Shown here piece by piece: positions 62,906 through 64,000 of a DNA stretch of 64,000 bases. Source of the stretch: Stegostoma tigrinum (lineage: Eukaryota); the NCBI RefSeq assembly GCF_030684315.1, contig NC_081363.1, positions 47,443,540 through 47,507,539 of the forward strand, given 5' to 3'. Under the pieces are notes generated by a model, which saw nothing but the letters and a program-made list of their open reading frames with translations, was not told the DNA's origin and made no database searches. The translations under genes were made by a program, and so were the position numbers. Each line of letters starts with the position of its first letter. Within the stretch, counting starts at the first letter, position 1.

Positions 62906-63187
62906 ACACAGCAGGCCAAGCAACATCTTAGCACAAAAGCTGACGTTTCGGCCTAGACCCTTCATCAGAAAAGGGGGAGGGGGAGAGGGTTCTGAAATAT
63001 AGGGAGAGAGGGGGAGGCAGATCGAAGATGGATAGAGGAGAAGATAGGTGGAGAGGAGACAAGAGAGTTGCAGTGGGAGACAGATCCCATGAGGTTTGTC
63101 TCCTGAGATGCTGCTTGGCCTGCTGTGTTCATCCAGCTCCACACTTGGTTATCTCGGGTTCTCCAGCATCTGCAGTTCCCATTATCA
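62906..63187 (-). mobile_element. Truncated Penelope-like element with inverted terminal repeat, hammerhead-like core and 15-bp TSD
   Basis: CTGAAATGTAGAAGA at 62891-62905 and 63188-63202. Minus-strand CTGATGA-agggtctaggcc-GAAA-CG-TC at 62968-62942. Purine-rich internal segment at 62969-63110. Confidence 0.8.
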
Positions 63188-64000
63188 CTGAAATGTAGAA
63201 GACTTTTTTTTTGTTAGAGATGCCTTAATGATCCTTTTTTTTCCCCCAAAAGGACATGTAAACATGTATAAATTTGACTCCACAATTCAATGAAGTCTTC
63301 TCTCTCTAGGAATATGTGATAGCTGAAACTATACTTGACAGATTTTAAGGCAAAAACCTTTATTAGCTTTTATGAAAAGATCAGTTTGAGATTCTTGCAT
63401 GTGATGTTTACGTATTGATAATAGCTAACAGGTACAAATGTTTTGCACTTTGTAGTTACTGCAACTAACTGTGCTTTACAAACATAATTAATTGCACATT
63501 ATTGTATGTAAGCCAAATTTTTATCATTTGAAATCTTTGTAACTTCATGAAAATAGCATCAATAGGGAATCAGAGATAGTAAGAACTGCTGATGCTAGAA
63601 TCAATAGGGAATCGTTGTGCAAAGGAAAAACTTATGTCATTAACTTGGGCAACGAGAATGTGGTTGTGTATTTTTATATAATACATGTTTCTGATATGTG
63701 GTCAGCTGTCTCATTCAATGAATGACAAATTTTAAAGGAAAAACTGAAATTGGGACTTCATTGGTTGAAACCCCCATTTTAGGTTTTTGGATTTTACAGT
63801 ATGAGCGAGAGAGTGGTCTTTAAATTGGTTTAATTTTTAATTGAATAAGTCTATTACTAACTTGATGTCCAACTAATAGTTTGAATATTCATTCTGACAT
63901 ATGATTCAGGGCATCTACCAGTGGAATCTGTAGGGAGGGAAACTGTGTTAATGGTTCAGGTCTACAACTGTTCACTGGTTCTGAAGGGTCATAGGCTTGA

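Overview
Vertebrate genomic DNA, inferred from its repeat content to come from a cartilaginous fish (shark). I assembled three spliced genes by hand; the ORF track catches only pieces of them. GMFB (minus strand, exons 1-5, continuing off the left edge) lies head-to-head with a complete six-exon CGRRF1 (plus strand, 357 aa). The GC-rich promoter and first coding exon of SAMD4A/Smaug1 (plus strand) follow. This is the human 14q22 gene order. GMFB intron 4 is an AT-AC minor-spliceosome (U12) intron and CGRRF1 intron 3 is a GT-AG U12 intron. The rest is mostly decayed CR1-, Rex1-, Tx1- and L2/CR1-group LINEs, tRNA-derived SINEs (including a tandem cluster) and possible LTR remnants. The most striking non-genic signal is a set of at least three families of short, often palindromic, TSD-flanked Penelope-like repeats. 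They carry minimal type I hammerhead ribozyme cores (CUGANGA...GAAA..UH) with stems that differ in sequence between families but keep their pairing. Other leads are a CUGGC Smaug-recognition-element-like hairpin and uORFs in the SAMD4A leader, a divergent GMFB protein, and an acidic LIR-like tail on CGRRF1. Transposon boundaries are approximate and family names come from motif recognition, not database searches.
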